The notes beneath the pieces are model-generated. The model made no database searches, had not been told where the DNA came from, and saw only the letters and a list, made by a program, of their open reading frames with translations. Made by a program: the position numbers and the translations under genes. Shown piece by piece: positions 19,033 through 31,236 of a DNA stretch of 64,000 nt (the first letter of the stretch is position 1; every line of letters starts with the position of its first letter). This DNA comes from Alphaproteobacteria bacterium (GTDB lineage: Bacteria > Pseudomonadota > Alphaproteobacteria > UBA6615), in NCBI GenBank assembly GCA_009691025.1, contig SHWB01000004.1:23030-87029 (forward strand), in the 5' to 3' direction.

Positions 19033-20229
19033 ATGGCCGCGCGCATCACCAGCTTCGCCGACCTGATCGCCCCGGTGGATGAGGCGGCGTTCTTCGCCGA
19101 TGTCCAGGGCCGGCAGCCGCTGCATATTCCGGCACCGGCGGCGGACAAGTTCGCCGCAGCAATGTCGTGGGCGCATTTGAACGCCCTGCTCAACATGTCG
19201 GCGATCTGGACCCCCAATACCTTCGCCATGGTGCTGGACCGCAAGCCCGTTCAACCCGACCAGTTCACCATCGCCACCGAGGATCGCGACAAACGGCCGT
19301 CGCGCCAGCCCGACGCGGCGAAGGTGAAGGCGCTGCTGCGGCGCGGCGCGGCGATCGTGCTCAACGACATCGAGACGCTGACGCCCGGCATCGCCGATGT
19401 GTGCAACGCGCTGGAAGAACGCTTTCGCGGCCGCGCCCAGGCCAACCTCTACTGTTCGTGGGAAGCGCATCAGGCTTTCGATGTGCATTTCGACACCCAC
19501 GAGGTGTTCGCCGCGCATATCGAGGGCGAGAAGGTCTGGCGGGTCTACGAGGGCCGCGTCGACCATCCGATCGCCCATCCGGCCTACAAGCAGCTGCCGC
19601 GCGAGTACCATGAGAAGCACCGCGGCAAGGTGCTGATGGAAGTGACGCTGCGGCCGGGCGACCTGCTCTACATCCCGCGCGGCCATTATCACGACGCGCT
19701 CGCCAGCGCGCCCGGTTCGCTTCACATCGCCTTCGGCCTGACACACGTGATCGGCTTCGACGTCATGCAGGTCGTGTTCGAGCGGGCCATGCAGGATCCG
19801 TTGTTCCGCCACAATTTGCCGCTGCCAGAGCATGGCCGGCCTGCCCTCGTCGCGCATCTGCGCGCGCTCGGCGACCGGCTCGCCGCGATCGCCGGGGAAG
19901 ATGCGGTGGCCGAGGCCGTGAGCGCCTTCCGCACAGGTTTCGGCGTGGCGCGCGGCGGCTTCGATCTGCCGGGCGACGCCCTGCAGCGCCACTACGCCGT
20001 GACGGCGCGCGACCTCATCGTCGCGCGCCAGGATGGGCGGCCGGTACTGCGAAGCACGAAAGGCGCGGTGCCGATCCCGCCAGCCTTCGAGGCGGCGGTG
20101 ACCTGGGTGGCCGGGCGGCGCCAGTTCAGCGGCGATGAGTTCGCCACCGCCTTTCCCGCTCTCGGCCCCGACGGGTGCGGCAAGCTGCTTGCCGATCTGG
20201 CCGCAATGAAAGTCATCGCAGCGGTGTGA
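19033..20229 (+). CDS. JmjC/cupin 2-oxoglutarate Fe(II) oxygenase (RoxA/NO66-like architecture)
   Basis: ANLY, FDVHFDTHEVF (HxD), GEKVW, LRPGDLLYIPRGHYH; alternative ATG at 19012. Confidence 0.85.
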   Translation: MAARITSFADLIAPVDEAAFFADVQGRQPLHIPAPAADKFAAAMSWAHLNALLNMSAIWTPNTFAMVLDRKPVQPDQFTIATEDRDKRPSRQPDAAKVKALLRRGAAIVLNDIETLTPGIADVCNALEERFRGRAQANLYCSWEAHQAFDVHFDTHEVFAAHIEGEKVWRVYEGRVDHPIAHPAYKQLPREYHEKHRGKVLMEVTLRPGDLLYIPRGHYHDALASAPGSLHIAFGLTHVIGFDVMQVVFERAMQDPLFRHNLPLPEHGRPALVAHLRALGDRLAAIAGEDAVAEAVSAFRTGFGVARGGFDLPGDALQRHYAVTARDLIVARQDGRPVLRSTKGAVPIPPAFEAAVTWVAGRRQFSGDEFATAFPALGPDGCGKLLADLAAMKVIAAV

Positions 20230-20500
20230 TCCCGCGGTTCCAGTTCCTTTGGATTGCACCCAAAAGTGGCCATTTCTGCCGAGAATGACGGCAGTTTTGC
20301 CCCTTCGCCGCGTTGTTACGTGCAAGTGCCGGCCCGGTGCATGTGCCCGTTTCGCGGGGCAACGGCGCCGCTCTATGGTGCGTCGACTCGTTGGCGAATG
20401 GTGGCTCGGAGCGAGGGGTTCCAGTCGGCTATCGCTATGTTATAATATAGCGTCCACTGGCGTCGCGATCTCTCTCCAACCATTTGGGGTTTTGAAACAG

Positions 20501-21601
20501 ATGAAGCAGTTCCTTCGCGGCACGTCCGCTATCGTCGGCTCAGTGCTGTTCGCCGGCTCGGCGTTGGCCGGCCCCGTCTCGGCGAGCGATTCGTTCGAAC
20601 TGTCGCTGGGTGGCAACATCCGCTACAGCTTCGTGCACGACTCGGAGGACCAGACGCTGAGCCGCGGTCGCGGCTACCGCTTCTATGCCGACGAGGTGGA
20701 AGTGTGGGTCAAGGGCTCGAAGCGGGGCGATAACGGCCTTCTCTACGGCTTCGAGATCGAGCTGAATGGTTCGACGACCGACGGCACCGCCTCCGACGAA
20801 TCGTGGATGTTCGTCGATGCGAACTGGGGCCGGGTCGAGTTGGGCGACCAGGACGACGCCACCGGCCGCATGGCCGTGACCGGTGGGAACGCGATGGTGG
20901 GTCGCCTCGGCTTCGACGAGGACGTGGCGGAGAACTTCTTCTTCGGCGCGGCGATCGGCGCCCCCGGCACGACCGTCACCGACGATGCCACGAAGGTGGC
21001 CTATTTCACCCCGCGCTTCGCCGGCTTCCAGCTCGGTGCGTCCTTCACGCCCGACAGCGGCCAGACCGGTTTCACCCGCGACCCGGACAATGACGGCGAT
21101 TTCGAGAGCGTGATCGGCGCCGGCGTCAACTATGTTGGCGAATTCGGCGCCGTAGGCGTGACCCTGTCGGCCGTCGGCGAATGGGGCAGCGGCGAGGTCG
21201 CCGCCCCGGCCGGCGGTGCCCGGGCGGAGGATCGCGAGGCTTACGCCCTGGGTGCGCTGGTCAGCTTCAGCGGCTTCGCGGTGGGCGCGGGCTGGGCCGA
21301 TTTCGGCCGGTCGGGCGTCGTCACGACCACGACCGCCGATGCCGGCGAGTGGTGGAACGTCGGTGCCGGCTACCGCACGGGCCCCTGGGGCTTCTCGGTC
21401 GGCTACTACGAGTCGAAAATCAATCAGGGCAACGGCTTCACCGCCAAGGCCAACATCCTGTCCTTCGACGTCGAGTACACGGTGGCGACGGGCTGGCTGG
21501 TGATGGCCGATCTGAGCTTTGTCAACGCCCGCGACATCGACGCCGTGGGCGCCAACAACGATGGCCACGTCTTCATCCTGTCGAGCGACTTCATCTTCTG
21601 A
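20501..21601 (+). CDS. Gram-negative porin (paralog 1)
   Basis: Signal peptide; NGLLYGFEIEL, WGRVELGD, KVAYFTPRFAGFQLGASFTP; C-terminal Phe. Confidence 0.9.
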   Translation: MKQFLRGTSAIVGSVLFAGSALAGPVSASDSFELSLGGNIRYSFVHDSEDQTLSRGRGYRFYADEVEVWVKGSKRGDNGLLYGFEIELNGSTTDGTASDESWMFVDANWGRVELGDQDDATGRMAVTGGNAMVGRLGFDEDVAENFFFGAAIGAPGTTVTDDATKVAYFTPRFAGFQLGASFTPDSGQTGFTRDPDNDGDFESVIGAGVNYVGEFGAVGVTLSAVGEWGSGEVAAPAGGARAEDREAYALGALVSFSGFAVGAGWADFGRSGVVTTTTADAGEWWNVGAGYRTGPWGFSVGYYESKINQGNGFTAKANILSFDVEYTVATGWLVMADLSFVNARDIDAVGANNDGHVFILSSDFIF

Positions 21602-21632
21602 TCGGGGCCCCGACCACGGTCGGGGCGCGACG

Positions 21633-21666
21633 ACGCCGGGCGCCGCGCGCCCGGCGTTTTCATTTT
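21633..21666 (+). terminator. Intrinsic terminator after porin 1
   Basis: acgccgggcg-N5-cgcccggcgt stem followed by T tracts. Confidence 0.8.
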
Positions 21667-21926
21667 GAAGGGACACCTGCCTCGGGACTTGAAATCAAGC
21701 GGCAGAAGCTCTGTGGTATTGGCGACATATAAATGCATAGTGCTCGTCGTAGAATAGACTTCGTTGCGTAATGTTCAATCCCAGCCTTGATGAATTCGCC
21801 ACGCGGTCGATGGCGCTTCGCAGAGTCGTTCCAGTGTTATAATATTCGATAGTGTCGTTCGATATTTTGCTCCCGTGAGTGCCGGGCGGTCCCTGCCGCG
21901 CCGGTCGATACTTCGGGAGCAGGACA

Positions 21927-23022
21927 ATGAAGCGTATTTTCCTTGGAACGCCGGCGCGGGCCGGCCTGGCGCTGGCGGCATCGCCGGCCGCAGCCGGGCC
22001 GGTGACGGCCAGCGACCCCTTACGATCTCTCCGTCGGCATCGAGCTGCGGTGCCGCCTTGACCACACCAGCCAGGACCAGACGCTTGGTCGCGGTCGTGA
22101 CTACTCGCTCGCGGGAGACGCGGGCGAAGTCAGGATCAGGGGCAGCAAGAAGGGCAACAACGGCCTCACTTACGGCTTCCAGACCGAGATAAACGCGCTG
22201 ACCGGCGACGCCACGACATCCGACGAATCCTGGATGTTCGTCGATGGCGGCTGGGGCCGCGTCGAACTGGGCGACCAGGACAGCGCCAACGACCGCATCT
22301 TCGTGGCCGGCGAGGATGTAATGGCGGGCCGGCTGGCCTGGGATGGCGACATCGGTGACATCTTGCTCGGCGCCGATATCCTCAACATCAACAGCCGTGC
22401 CAGCGACGCAACCAAGGTCACCTACTTCACCCCGCGTTTCTCGGGCTTCCAGTTCGGCGCGGCCCTGACGCCCGACAGCGGCCAGAACGGCTTCACCCGC
22501 GATGCCAACAATGACGGCGACTTCGAGAATGTCGTCGGCTTCGCCGGCGGCTATCAGGCGAAATTTTCCGGCGTCACGCTCGACCTTGCCGGCTTCGCCG
22601 AACTGGGCGAAAGCGAGGTCGCGGCGCCGGCTGCCGGCGCCAACGAGCACGACAACGAGATCTACGGTGTCGGCGGTACGGTCGAGTATGCCGGCTTCGG
22701 CTTCGGCGCCGGCTGGGTCGACCTCAACCAGGGCGGCATCGTCACCACCGTGAACGCCGATGCCGGTGAATGGCGGAATGCCGCCGTCAGCTGCGGCAAA
22801 GGGCCGTGGAAAGTCAGCTACGGCTATTACGAATCCGAGCGCCGCATCAACGCCACGGTGGCCCATAGCGTCGACATCATCGCCTTCGACGGCCATTACA
22901 ACGTGGCGCCGGGCTGGCCGGTGGCCGCCGGGCTCTGTCTGATGGACGTCACGAACCTGAACGCCACCGGCGACGACAACGACGGCCACATCGCCCTGGT
23001 GTCGAACCAGTTCAATTTCTGA
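21927..23022 (+). pseudogene. Porin paralog 2, frameshifted in 5' part
   Basis: Signal peptide MKRIFLGT..AGPVTASD ends in a stop at 22061; porin homology resumes in another frame (GSKKGNNGLTYGFQTE...NQFNF). Confidence 0.8.
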
Positions 23023-23309
23023 CGCCAGAGGCCCGTCCCGCAGGGCCGGCCAACGGCCGGCCCTGACCGAGCGGCTATTATCCCGAGCGGAAGCCCGTTG
23101 TTGCAACTTTGCCACATGTCACGGCGAACTGGCTCCCGGGCGCCCCCCGCCATTGCGGCGCCTCCCGTTACGATGTTCTATCCGACCAAGGCTTCGGTCG
23201 CGTGCGGCGGGTTCCGTGCCGTGCGTGGGCCTGGCGGGGCCGAGGGGTTCGAAGTTCATCCGGGGACCGAGTGTTTTGGGGCGTCCCCCTGGAAGAGGTT
23301 AATCGAGCA

Positions 23310-24536
23310 ATGAAGAAGCTACTGCTTGCAAGCACGGCGCTGGTGGGCGCCTCGATGCTGGCGGCGGGCCCGGCCGCGGCCGGTCCCGTTACGTCCGGCA
23401 ATGACTTTGACTTGACGCTGGGTGGCATGATCCGCGTCTCGGCCTACGGCGTCAGCCAGGACATTTCCAGCGGCCTGAACCCGCTAACGGGCGCGGCGAT
23501 CACCGGCACCACCTCTAGTGGCCGCGGCTATCGCATGTACCATCCGGAGACCGAAGTGTGGGTCAAGGGCTCGAAGAAGGGCGATAACGGCCTGACGTAC
23601 GGCTTCGAGATCGAGCTGAACGCCGCCTCGACCGACGCCACGACGTCGGACGAGTCGTGGATATTCGTCAGCAGCGACACCTGGGGCCGTGTCGAGATGG
23701 GCGACCAGGACGACGCCGGTAACCGTATGACGATCGACCCGGGCACTTCGGCCGTGCTGAAGGGCAATGGCGGCTTCTACGGCGGCATCGGTGTGCAGCA
23801 GTGGTTCAACTTCGGTACGGAAGCTGCGGGCCAGGGCGTCTCCCCGACCCGTATCGACCTCGAAGTATCGTACGAGGGCGGCGCCTCTGACGCGACGAAG
23901 GTGATCTACTTCACCCCGCGCTTCGCTGGCTTCCAGCTCGGTGCGGCCTTCACGCCGGATGGTGGCCAGGGTGGCTTCACGCGTGACGCCGACAACGACG
24001 GCGACTTCGAGGAGATCATCAACCTTGCCGCCAACTATGTCGGCACAATGGGCGATGTCGGCGTCTCGATTGGCGGCGCCTGGTGGGGGGGTAAGGGCGA
24101 GGTTGCGGCGCCGGTCGTCGGTACCGCCAACACGACCAACGACATGGTAATGTGGCGTGCCGGCGCGAAGATGGACTTCGCGGGCTTCTCGGTCTCCGCG
24201 GCCTACATGGACCTCGGCAGAACCGGCGTAACTACCGCCAACTCGGATCTCGGCGCGGATTCCGGCGATTACTGGACGGCTGGCATCGGCTACACCACCG
24301 GCCCGTGGGGCGTCTCGGTCGGCTACTACGACTCCCAGAAGAGCCGTGGCACCGGCGTGGCTGTGAATGCCCGCGAGTTCAAGCTCAGCTGGCTGGCCTT
24401 CGGCGCTTCCTACGCAGTGGCTCCGGGCTGGTCGCTGCTGGCTGACATGTCATTCATCGACGCCACCAACATCGCTGGCACGTCGTTCGACAACGACGGT
24501 CACGTCTTCGGCTTGACGAGCAATTTCACTTTCTAG
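23310..24536 (+). CDS. Gram-negative porin (paralog 3, probably the major porin)
   Basis: MKKLLLASTAL signal peptide; same motifs as paralog 1; codon usage typical of high expression; C-terminal Phe. Confidence 0.92.
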   Translation: MKKLLLASTALVGASMLAAGPAAAGPVTSGNDFDLTLGGMIRVSAYGVSQDISSGLNPLTGAAITGTTSSGRGYRMYHPETEVWVKGSKKGDNGLTYGFEIELNAASTDATTSDESWIFVSSDTWGRVEMGDQDDAGNRMTIDPGTSAVLKGNGGFYGGIGVQQWFNFGTEAAGQGVSPTRIDLEVSYEGGASDATKVIYFTPRFAGFQLGAAFTPDGGQGGFTRDADNDGDFEEIINLAANYVGTMGDVGVSIGGAWWGGKGEVAAPVVGTANTTNDMVMWRAGAKMDFAGFSVSAAYMDLGRTGVTTANSDLGADSGDYWTAGIGYTTGPWGVSVGYYDSQKSRGTGVAVNAREFKLSWLAFGASYAVAPGWSLLADMSFIDATNIAGTSFDNDGHVFGLTSNFTF

Positions 24537-24561
24537 GATTTCTCCGGAAATCCGACGTCCT

Positions 24562-24598
24562 GACGGGCGGTGGCGCAAGCCACCGCCCGTTTTCTTTT
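24562..24598 (+). terminator. Intrinsic terminator after porin 3
   Basis: acgggcggtggc-gcaa-gccaccgcccgt followed by tttctttt. Confidence 0.9.
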
Positions 24599-24680
24599 GC
24601 GTAACGGCGCGGGGATGCATGCGCCGTCGATATGCGCTAATGTCTGCGCCGTTTCTGGCCCCGGTCACGATTGCGCCCCC

Positions 24681-25196
24681 ATGCTCCGGACGGTTCTTCG
24701 CCACCTGCTTCTGCCACTCGCCCTGGCCTTCACACTCGCCGCCTGCGAGGGCAAGACCGAGCGCGTCGGCGAGATCCTGACGGGCGAGGAAAAGATTAAG
24801 CGTGGCAGCGGCAAAGTGTTCGGCGACTTGAGAATTGGCGGCATCGACCGATCGACCGCCGATCGCAGCGGCGGTATCGGTGTCAATGGCTGGCTGTGGC
24901 GCGCGTCGCTCGACGCCCTGTCCTTCCTGCCGCTCGCCGCGGCCGACCCGTTTGGTGGCGTGATCATCACGGACTGGTATGCGCCGCCCGAGAGTCCGGC
25001 TGAGCGTTTCAAGGTCACCGTCTACATTCTTGGTACGGATTTGCGCTCCGACGGGCTGCGCGTGTCGGTGTTCCGCCAGGAGCGGCGCGGGTCCGATGCC
25101 TGGGCCGACAGCCAGGTCGGCGCCGGCACCGCCTCCGAGCTAGAGAATGCGATCCTTACCCGCGCGCGCGAGCTGCGGATCGCCTCGGCCCACTAG
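24681..25196 (+). CDS. DUF3576-type lipoprotein
   Basis: Lipobox LAAC; [30 protein letters not shown]; usual position upstream of leuS. Confidence 0.85.
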   Translation: MLRTVLRHLLLPLALAFTLAACEGKTERVGEILTGEEKIKRGSGKVFGDLRIGGIDRSTADRSGGIGVNGWLWRASLDALSFLPLAAADPFGGVIITDWYAPPESPAERFKVTVYILGTDLRSDGLRVSVFRQERRGSDAWADSQVGAGTASELENAILTRARELRIASAH

Positions 25197-25270
25197 GCCC
25201 CGCTCGCCGGCACGATTTTCGTCAACCCTCGCTCCGGACCGGCCTCCGCCGGCGCAGTCGGGCAGACAGC

Positions 25271-27874
25271 ATGGCGCGTTACGATTTCCGGGCCGTCGAG
25301 GCCCGGTGGCAGCAGGACTGGACCACGACCGGCGCCTTCAGGGCAACGGAGGATCCCGCGCGGCCGAAATACTACGTGCTGGAAATGTTCCCATATCCGT
25401 CGGGGCGCATCCATATGGGGCACCTGCGCTGCTACACGCTGGGCGACGTGGTCGCCCGCTACAAGCGCGCGCGCGGCTTCAACGTGCTTCACCCGATGGG
25501 CTGGGACGCGTTCGGCCTGCCGGCCGAAAACGCGGCGATGGAAAAGGGCGTGCATCCGCGCGAATGGACGCTCGCCAACATCGCCAACATGCGCGACCAG
25601 CTCAGGGCGATGGGTCTGTCGCTCGACTGGAGCCGCGAGATCGCCACCTGCGATCCGTCTTATTATCGCCACGAGCAAGCGATGTTCCTCGATTTCCTTG
25701 ACAAGGACCTGGTCTACCGCTCCGAGGGCTGGGTCAACTGGGATCCGGTCGACCGCACCGTGCTGGCCAACGAGCAGGTCATCGACGGACGCGGCTGGCG
25801 ATCCGGCGCGCTGATCGAGCGACGGCAGCTTGCGCAATGGTTCGGCCGCATCAGTGCCATGAGCGACGAATTGCTCGCCGGCCTCGACCGGCTCGACCGC
25901 TGGCCGGCCAAGGTGCGCGCGATGCAGGAGAACTGGATCGGCCGCTCCGAGGGCGCGCATATCGACTTCCCGCTGAGGGGCGTGCCGGCCGGCGCGGCGC
26001 CCGCGCTGCGCGTCTTCACGACCCGTCCCGATACGATCTTCGGCGCCAGTTTCTGCGCCATCGCCGCCGACCATCCGCTGGCCCTCGCCCTGGCCGCGCG
26101 CGATCCGGAGATCGCCGCCTTCGTCGAGGAGTGCCGACATCTCGGCACCAGCGAGGAGGCGATCCAGACGGCCGAGAAGCGCGGCATCGATACGGGCGCG
26201 CGCGCCGCGCATCCCTTCGTCGACGGCCATGAACTGCCGGTCTACATCGCCAATTTCGTGCTGATGGGTTACGGCACTGGCGCCATCTTCGGCTGCCCGG
26301 CGCACGACCAGCGCGACCTTGACTTCGCACGCGCCTATGATCTGCCGGTTTTGCCCGTGGTGGTGCCCGAGGGCGCCGATCCGGCAAGCTTCACCATCGG
26401 CGACACCGCCTTCGTCGATGATGGCCGTATCGCCAATTCGCGGTTTCTCGACGGGCTCGACGTCGCGTCGGCCAAGCGCGAGGCGGTGCTGCGTCTGGCC
26501 GAGGCGGGGCGCGGCGAAGGCACCGTCCATTACCGCCTGCGCGACTGGCTGATGAGCCGCCAGCGCTACTGGGGCTGTCCGATCCCGGTGATCCATTGCG
26601 GCGATTGCGGCATTGTGCCGGTACCGCGTGCCGATCTGCCGGTGGTCTTGCCGGAGGATGTCGATTTCTCCGCGCCGGGCAATCCGCTCGGCCGCCATCC
26701 AACCTGGAAGCACGCCGCCTGCCCGCGCTGCGGCAAGGCGGCCCTGCGCGACACCGACACCTTCGACACGTTCGTCGATTCGTCATGGTATTTCGCGCGC
26801 TTCTGTTCGCCGCAGGCCAATCAGCCGGTCGAGCGTCGCGCGGTGGATTACTGGCTGCCTGTCGACCAGTATGTCGGCGGCGTCGAGCATGCGATACTGC
26901 ACCTGCTGTATTCGCGCTTCTATGTGCGCCAGATGCGAGCGACCGGCCATCTCGATCTCGACGAGCCATTCGCCGGGCTGTTCACGCAAGGCATGGTCAA
27001 CCATGCCACCTATCGCGACGATCGCGGCGCATGGCTCGAGCCGCTCGAGGTCGAGCGGCGCGACGACGGCGCCTGGATCACGAAGGATGGCGGCAGGCCG
27101 GTCACCGTCGGGCGCGTCGAGAAGATGTCGAAGTCTAAGAAAAACACCATCGACCCGACCGACGTCATTGCGGACTACGGCGCCGACACGGCCCGCTGGT
27201 TTATCCTGTCCGACAGTCCGCCCGACCGCGACATGGAATGGACCGACGCCGGTGTGCAGGGTGCGTGGCGGCACGTCAACCGCATCGAGCGGCTGATCGA
27301 CGACGCGCTGCCACTGATGCCGCCGGCCGACACGCCGGCGCCCGACAGCTTCACACCCGCCGCCGAGCGGATGCGCCGCGCCACGCACCGCACGATTGCG
27401 CGCGTGACCGACGATATCGAACGGTTCGCCTTCAATCGCGCGGTCGCCGCGCTCTACGAGCACACGGGCAATGCCGTGTCCTTCCGCGATGCCGTGCGCG
27501 GCAACGGCTCCGGGCCAGCAGGTGTCGACGCGCGCTGGGCGCTGCGCGAGGCACTGGAAATGCTTGCGCGCCTTTCCGCGCCGATGATGCCGCATCTTGC
27601 CGAGGAGATGTGGGAACGGCTCGGTCACACGACGCCGCTTGTGTCGGGCGCGTGGCCACAGGCCGACGAACGCCTGCTTGCGGTCGACAGCGTCACCGTC
27701 GCCGTGCAGGTTAATGGCAAGCTGCGCGGCAAGGTCTCGGTGCCGGCCGGCAGCGCCGAGGAGGCGGTCGCCGCGCTCGCCATAGGCGTGCCGACCGTCA
27801 GCAGGGCGATCGGCGGCAAGGCCCTTCGCCGGCGCATCTTCGTGCCCGACAAACTCGTCAATTTCGTGGTCTGA
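25271..27874 (+). CDS. leuS: Leucine--tRNA ligase
   Basis: MFPYPSG.HMGH, KMSKS, editing domain, VQVNGKLR. Confidence 0.98.
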   Translation: MARYDFRAVEARWQQDWTTTGAFRATEDPARPKYYVLEMFPYPSGRIHMGHLRCYTLGDVVARYKRARGFNVLHPMGWDAFGLPAENAAMEKGVHPREWTLANIANMRDQLRAMGLSLDWSREIATCDPSYYRHEQAMFLDFLDKDLVYRSEGWVNWDPVDRTVLANEQVIDGRGWRSGALIERRQLAQWFGRISAMSDELLAGLDRLDRWPAKVRAMQENWIGRSEGAHIDFPLRGVPAGAAPALRVFTTRPDTIFGASFCAIAADHPLALALAARDPEIAAFVEECRHLGTSEEAIQTAEKRGIDTGARAAHPFVDGHELPVYIANFVLMGYGTGAIFGCPAHDQRDLDFARAYDLPVLPVVVPEGADPASFTIGDTAFVDDGRIANSRFLDGLDVASAKREAVLRLAEAGRGEGTVHYRLRDWLMSRQRYWGCPIPVIHCGDCGIVPVPRADLPVVLPEDVDFSAPGNPLGRHPTWKHAACPRCGKAALRDTDTFDTFVDSSWYFARFCSPQANQPVERRAVDYWLPVDQYVGGVEHAILHLLYSRFYVRQMRATGHLDLDEPFAGLFTQGMVNHATYRDDRGAWLEPLEVERRDDGAWITKDGGRPVTVGRVEKMSKSKKNTIDPTDVIADYGADTARWFILSDSPPDRDMEWTDAGVQGAWRHVNRIERLIDDALPLMPPADTPAPDSFTPAAERMRRATHRTIARVTDDIERFAFNRAVAALYEHTGNAVSFRDAVRGNGSGPAGVDARWALREALEMLARLSAPMMPHLAEEMWERLGHTTPLVSGAWPQADERLLAVDSVTVAVQVNGKLRGKVSVPAGSAEEAVAALAIGVPTVSRAIGGKALRRRIFVPDKLVNFVV

Positions 27875-27877
27875 TTC

Positions 27878-28432
27878 ATGATGCGGCACATCGGCATCGT
27901 CGTGTTGCTGTGTGCCGCGCTCGCCGCCGTGCCCGGCTGCGGCTTTCGCCCCCTCTATGGTGGCGGCAACATGGGGCAGACCGCGGTCGACCTGTCGGGC
28001 GTCGCCATCGCGACCATTCCCGAACGTGTCGGACAGATGCTGCGCAACAAATTGCTCGATCGTGTCGCGCCGTATGGCGAGCCCAGCGAGCCGCTATGGC
28101 TGCTGCAGGTTTCCGTCAGCGAGCAGCTGCTCGGCTACGGCATCCAGAAGGACGCGACATCGACACGCGCCAGCCTGCGGCTCGAGGCGACCTTCTCGCT
28201 GGTGGACCGCAAGACGGGGGCGACGACGCTCAGCGGCTCCTCGATCTCGATCAACAGTTTCAACATTTTGCGCCGGAGCTATTCCACCGCCGCGGCGGAG
28301 GCCGATGCGCGCGAGCGGGCCGTGAGCGACCTCGCCGAGGACATGACGACGCGCGTGGCGATATTCATCGCCGCCATTCGCGAAAAGGGCTCCCTCGTCC
28401 CCGCGCCGCAGCCGCCGGGCAAACAACCGTGA
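27878..28432 (+). CDS. lptE: LPS assembly lipoprotein LptE
   Basis: GCGFRPLYG lipobox; leuS-lptE-holA synteny. Confidence 0.88.
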   Translation: MMRHIGIVVLLCAALAAVPGCGFRPLYGGGNMGQTAVDLSGVAIATIPERVGQMLRNKLLDRVAPYGEPSEPLWLLQVSVSEQLLGYGIQKDATSTRASLRLEATFSLVDRKTGATTLSGSSISINSFNILRRSYSTAAAEADARERAVSDLAEDMTTRVAIFIAAIREKGSLVPAPQPPGKQP

Positions 28433-29463
28433 AGGTTGGGCCGCGCGGCATCGACGCCTTTCTGCGCACGCCGCCCGACCGCATCGTGGCGATCCTGCTC
28501 TACGGTCCCGACGGCGGACTGGCACAGGAAAGGCTTGCGGCGCTGGCGAAGGCTGCCGCCGCCAACCCGGCCGATGCCTTCGGCGCGGTCGACCTGCCGG
28601 CCGCCACCTTGCGCGGCGACCCTGCCCGGCTGGCCGACGAAGCCCTGGCCCTGAATCTGGGCGGCGGGCGGCGCGTGGTAACGGTGCGCGATGCCGGCGA
28701 GGAGGCGACGGCCGCCCTCGCCGGCCTGCTCGAACTCCTCGGGGACGGCGCCTGCGGGCTGGTGCTTATTGCCGCCGGCGACCTTGCCGCCCGTTCCGGC
28801 TTGCGTAAGCTGGCCGAAGGTGCGGACCGGGCCGCCGCCGTGCCGTGCTACGCCGATGACGGCGCGTCGCTCGAAAGGCTTGCTGCCGAGATGCTGCGCG
28901 CCGACGGCATCACAGTCGACCGCGAGGCGCTCGGAGAAATTTCCGCCCGCCTCGGCGGCGATCGGGCCCTTGCACGGCGGGAGATCGAGAAGCTCGCCTT
29001 ATTTGTCGGCGCCGGCAACAAGGCCGATTCCGATGCCGTGCGAGCCGTGCTCGGCGACGTTGCCGAGGCCTCGCTCGACGAAGCGATACTGGCGACGGCC
29101 GATGGCGACTATGCCGCCCTGTCCACGGCCCTGTCGCGAGTGCGCGCCGACGGGGCCACCGCGGTCGGCGTCATCCGCATGGCGCAGCGTCAGTTCCAAC
29201 GCCTGTACGCTTTCGCCGCGGATGTTGAATCCGGCCTTACCCCCGCACAGGCGGTCGAACGCGCACGCCCGCCGGTGTTCTTCAAGCAGCGCACGCGGGT
29301 GCGGCGCCATGTCGCCCGCTGGACCGCACCGGCGGCGGCCAGTGCGTTGCAACGGTTGACGGAAGCGGAGATGCACGCGAAATCGAATGCCGCCGATGAA
29401 TGGCAGGTTTGCGAGCGGGTTCTGCTCGTTATCGCCCAGGCGGCGCGTGGCCTGCGCGACTGA
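28429..29463 (+). CDS. holA: DNA polymerase III delta subunit
   Basis: LLYGPDGG, PCYAD, EIEKLALF, RPPVFFK; synteny. Confidence 0.92.
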   Translation: MKVGPRGIDAFLRTPPDRIVAILLYGPDGGLAQERLAALAKAAAANPADAFGAVDLPAATLRGDPARLADEALALNLGGGRRVVTVRDAGEEATAALAGLLELLGDGACGLVLIAAGDLAARSGLRKLAEGADRAAAVPCYADDGASLERLAAEMLRADGITVDREALGEISARLGGDRALARREIEKLALFVGAGNKADSDAVRAVLGDVAEASLDEAILATADGDYAALSTALSRVRADGATAVGVIRMAQRQFQRLYAFAADVESGLTPAQAVERARPPVFFKQRTRVRRHVARWTAPAAASALQRLTEAEMHAKSNAADEWQVCERVLLVIAQAARGLRD

Positions 29464-29497
29464 GAACAGCGACGTGGATTATCCGTGCGCGTACGGA

Positions 29498-30405
29498 TCA
29501 GGCGCGTGCCGACGGCCGGCGCTCACTATTCAGGCGTTGCAGCACATCGTCGAGCTGATTGAGCGTATCGTAGTGGATGACAAGGCTGCCGCCCTGCACG
29601 CCCTTGCCGTGCAGCCGCATCTCGACGCGCAGCCCGAGCAGGCTGGCCAGGCTGCGTTCCAGCGCCAGCGTGTCGGCGTCCTTGCCCAGCGAGGCGGCTC
29701 GCCGCGCGGTCTTCGCCGTCGGTCCGGCCTCCCGGGTCTTGCGGACGAGCTGTTCGACCTGGCGCACGTTCAGCCCCTTGGCCACCACTTCGCGGGCCAG
29801 CGACGCGGGGTCATCGGTGCCGATCAGTGCGCGGGCATGCCCGGCCGACAGCTTTCCAGTGTCGACCAGGCCGCGCACTTCCGTCGGCAGCGCCAGCAGG
29901 CGCAGTGTGTTCGCGACATGGCTGCGGCTTTTGCCGATGGATTTGGCGAGCGCGTCCTGGGTGTGATGGTACTCGTCGATCAGGCGCTGGAAGGCGGCCG
30001 CTTCCTCGATCGGCGTCAGGCTTTCGCGCTGCAGGTTCTCGATCAGCGCGATCTCGAGCGCGTCACGGTCGCTCATCTCGCGGATGACGACCGGCACCTC
30101 ATGCAGCCGTGCCTGCTGTGCTGCGCGCCAGCGCCGCTCGCCGGCGACGATCTCCCAGCCATCGCCGCCGTCCGGATCGCGCCGCACGAGGATTGGCTGT
30201 AGGATGCCCTTCTCGCGTACCGAGGCGACGAGATCGGCCAGATTTTCGTCGTCGAAATGGCGCCTCGGCTGGGCCTTGCCCGGCTTCAGCTTTGCGACCA
30301 GCACCGTGCGCTGACCGCGCACCTGTTCGAGCCTGGCGTAATCGGCACTCTCGTCGCCGAGCAGCGCCGAGAGTCCGCGGCCGAGGCGGCGCTTGGGATC
30401 GTCGC

Positions 30406-30409
<4 letters not shown>
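29498..30409 (-). CDS. parB: Chromosome partitioning protein ParB
   Basis: LGRGLSALL, GILQPILVR, IVAGERRWRAA, ENLQRE, HTH GKSRSHVANTLRLL. Confidence 0.97.

Positions 30410-31228
<819 letters not shown>

Positions 31229-31236
<8 letters not shown>

Noticed and set aside
18925-20325. 698-aa YggS fusion in the ORF track
   Set aside because: Upstream part is antisense to the JmjC gene; YggS begins at 18924
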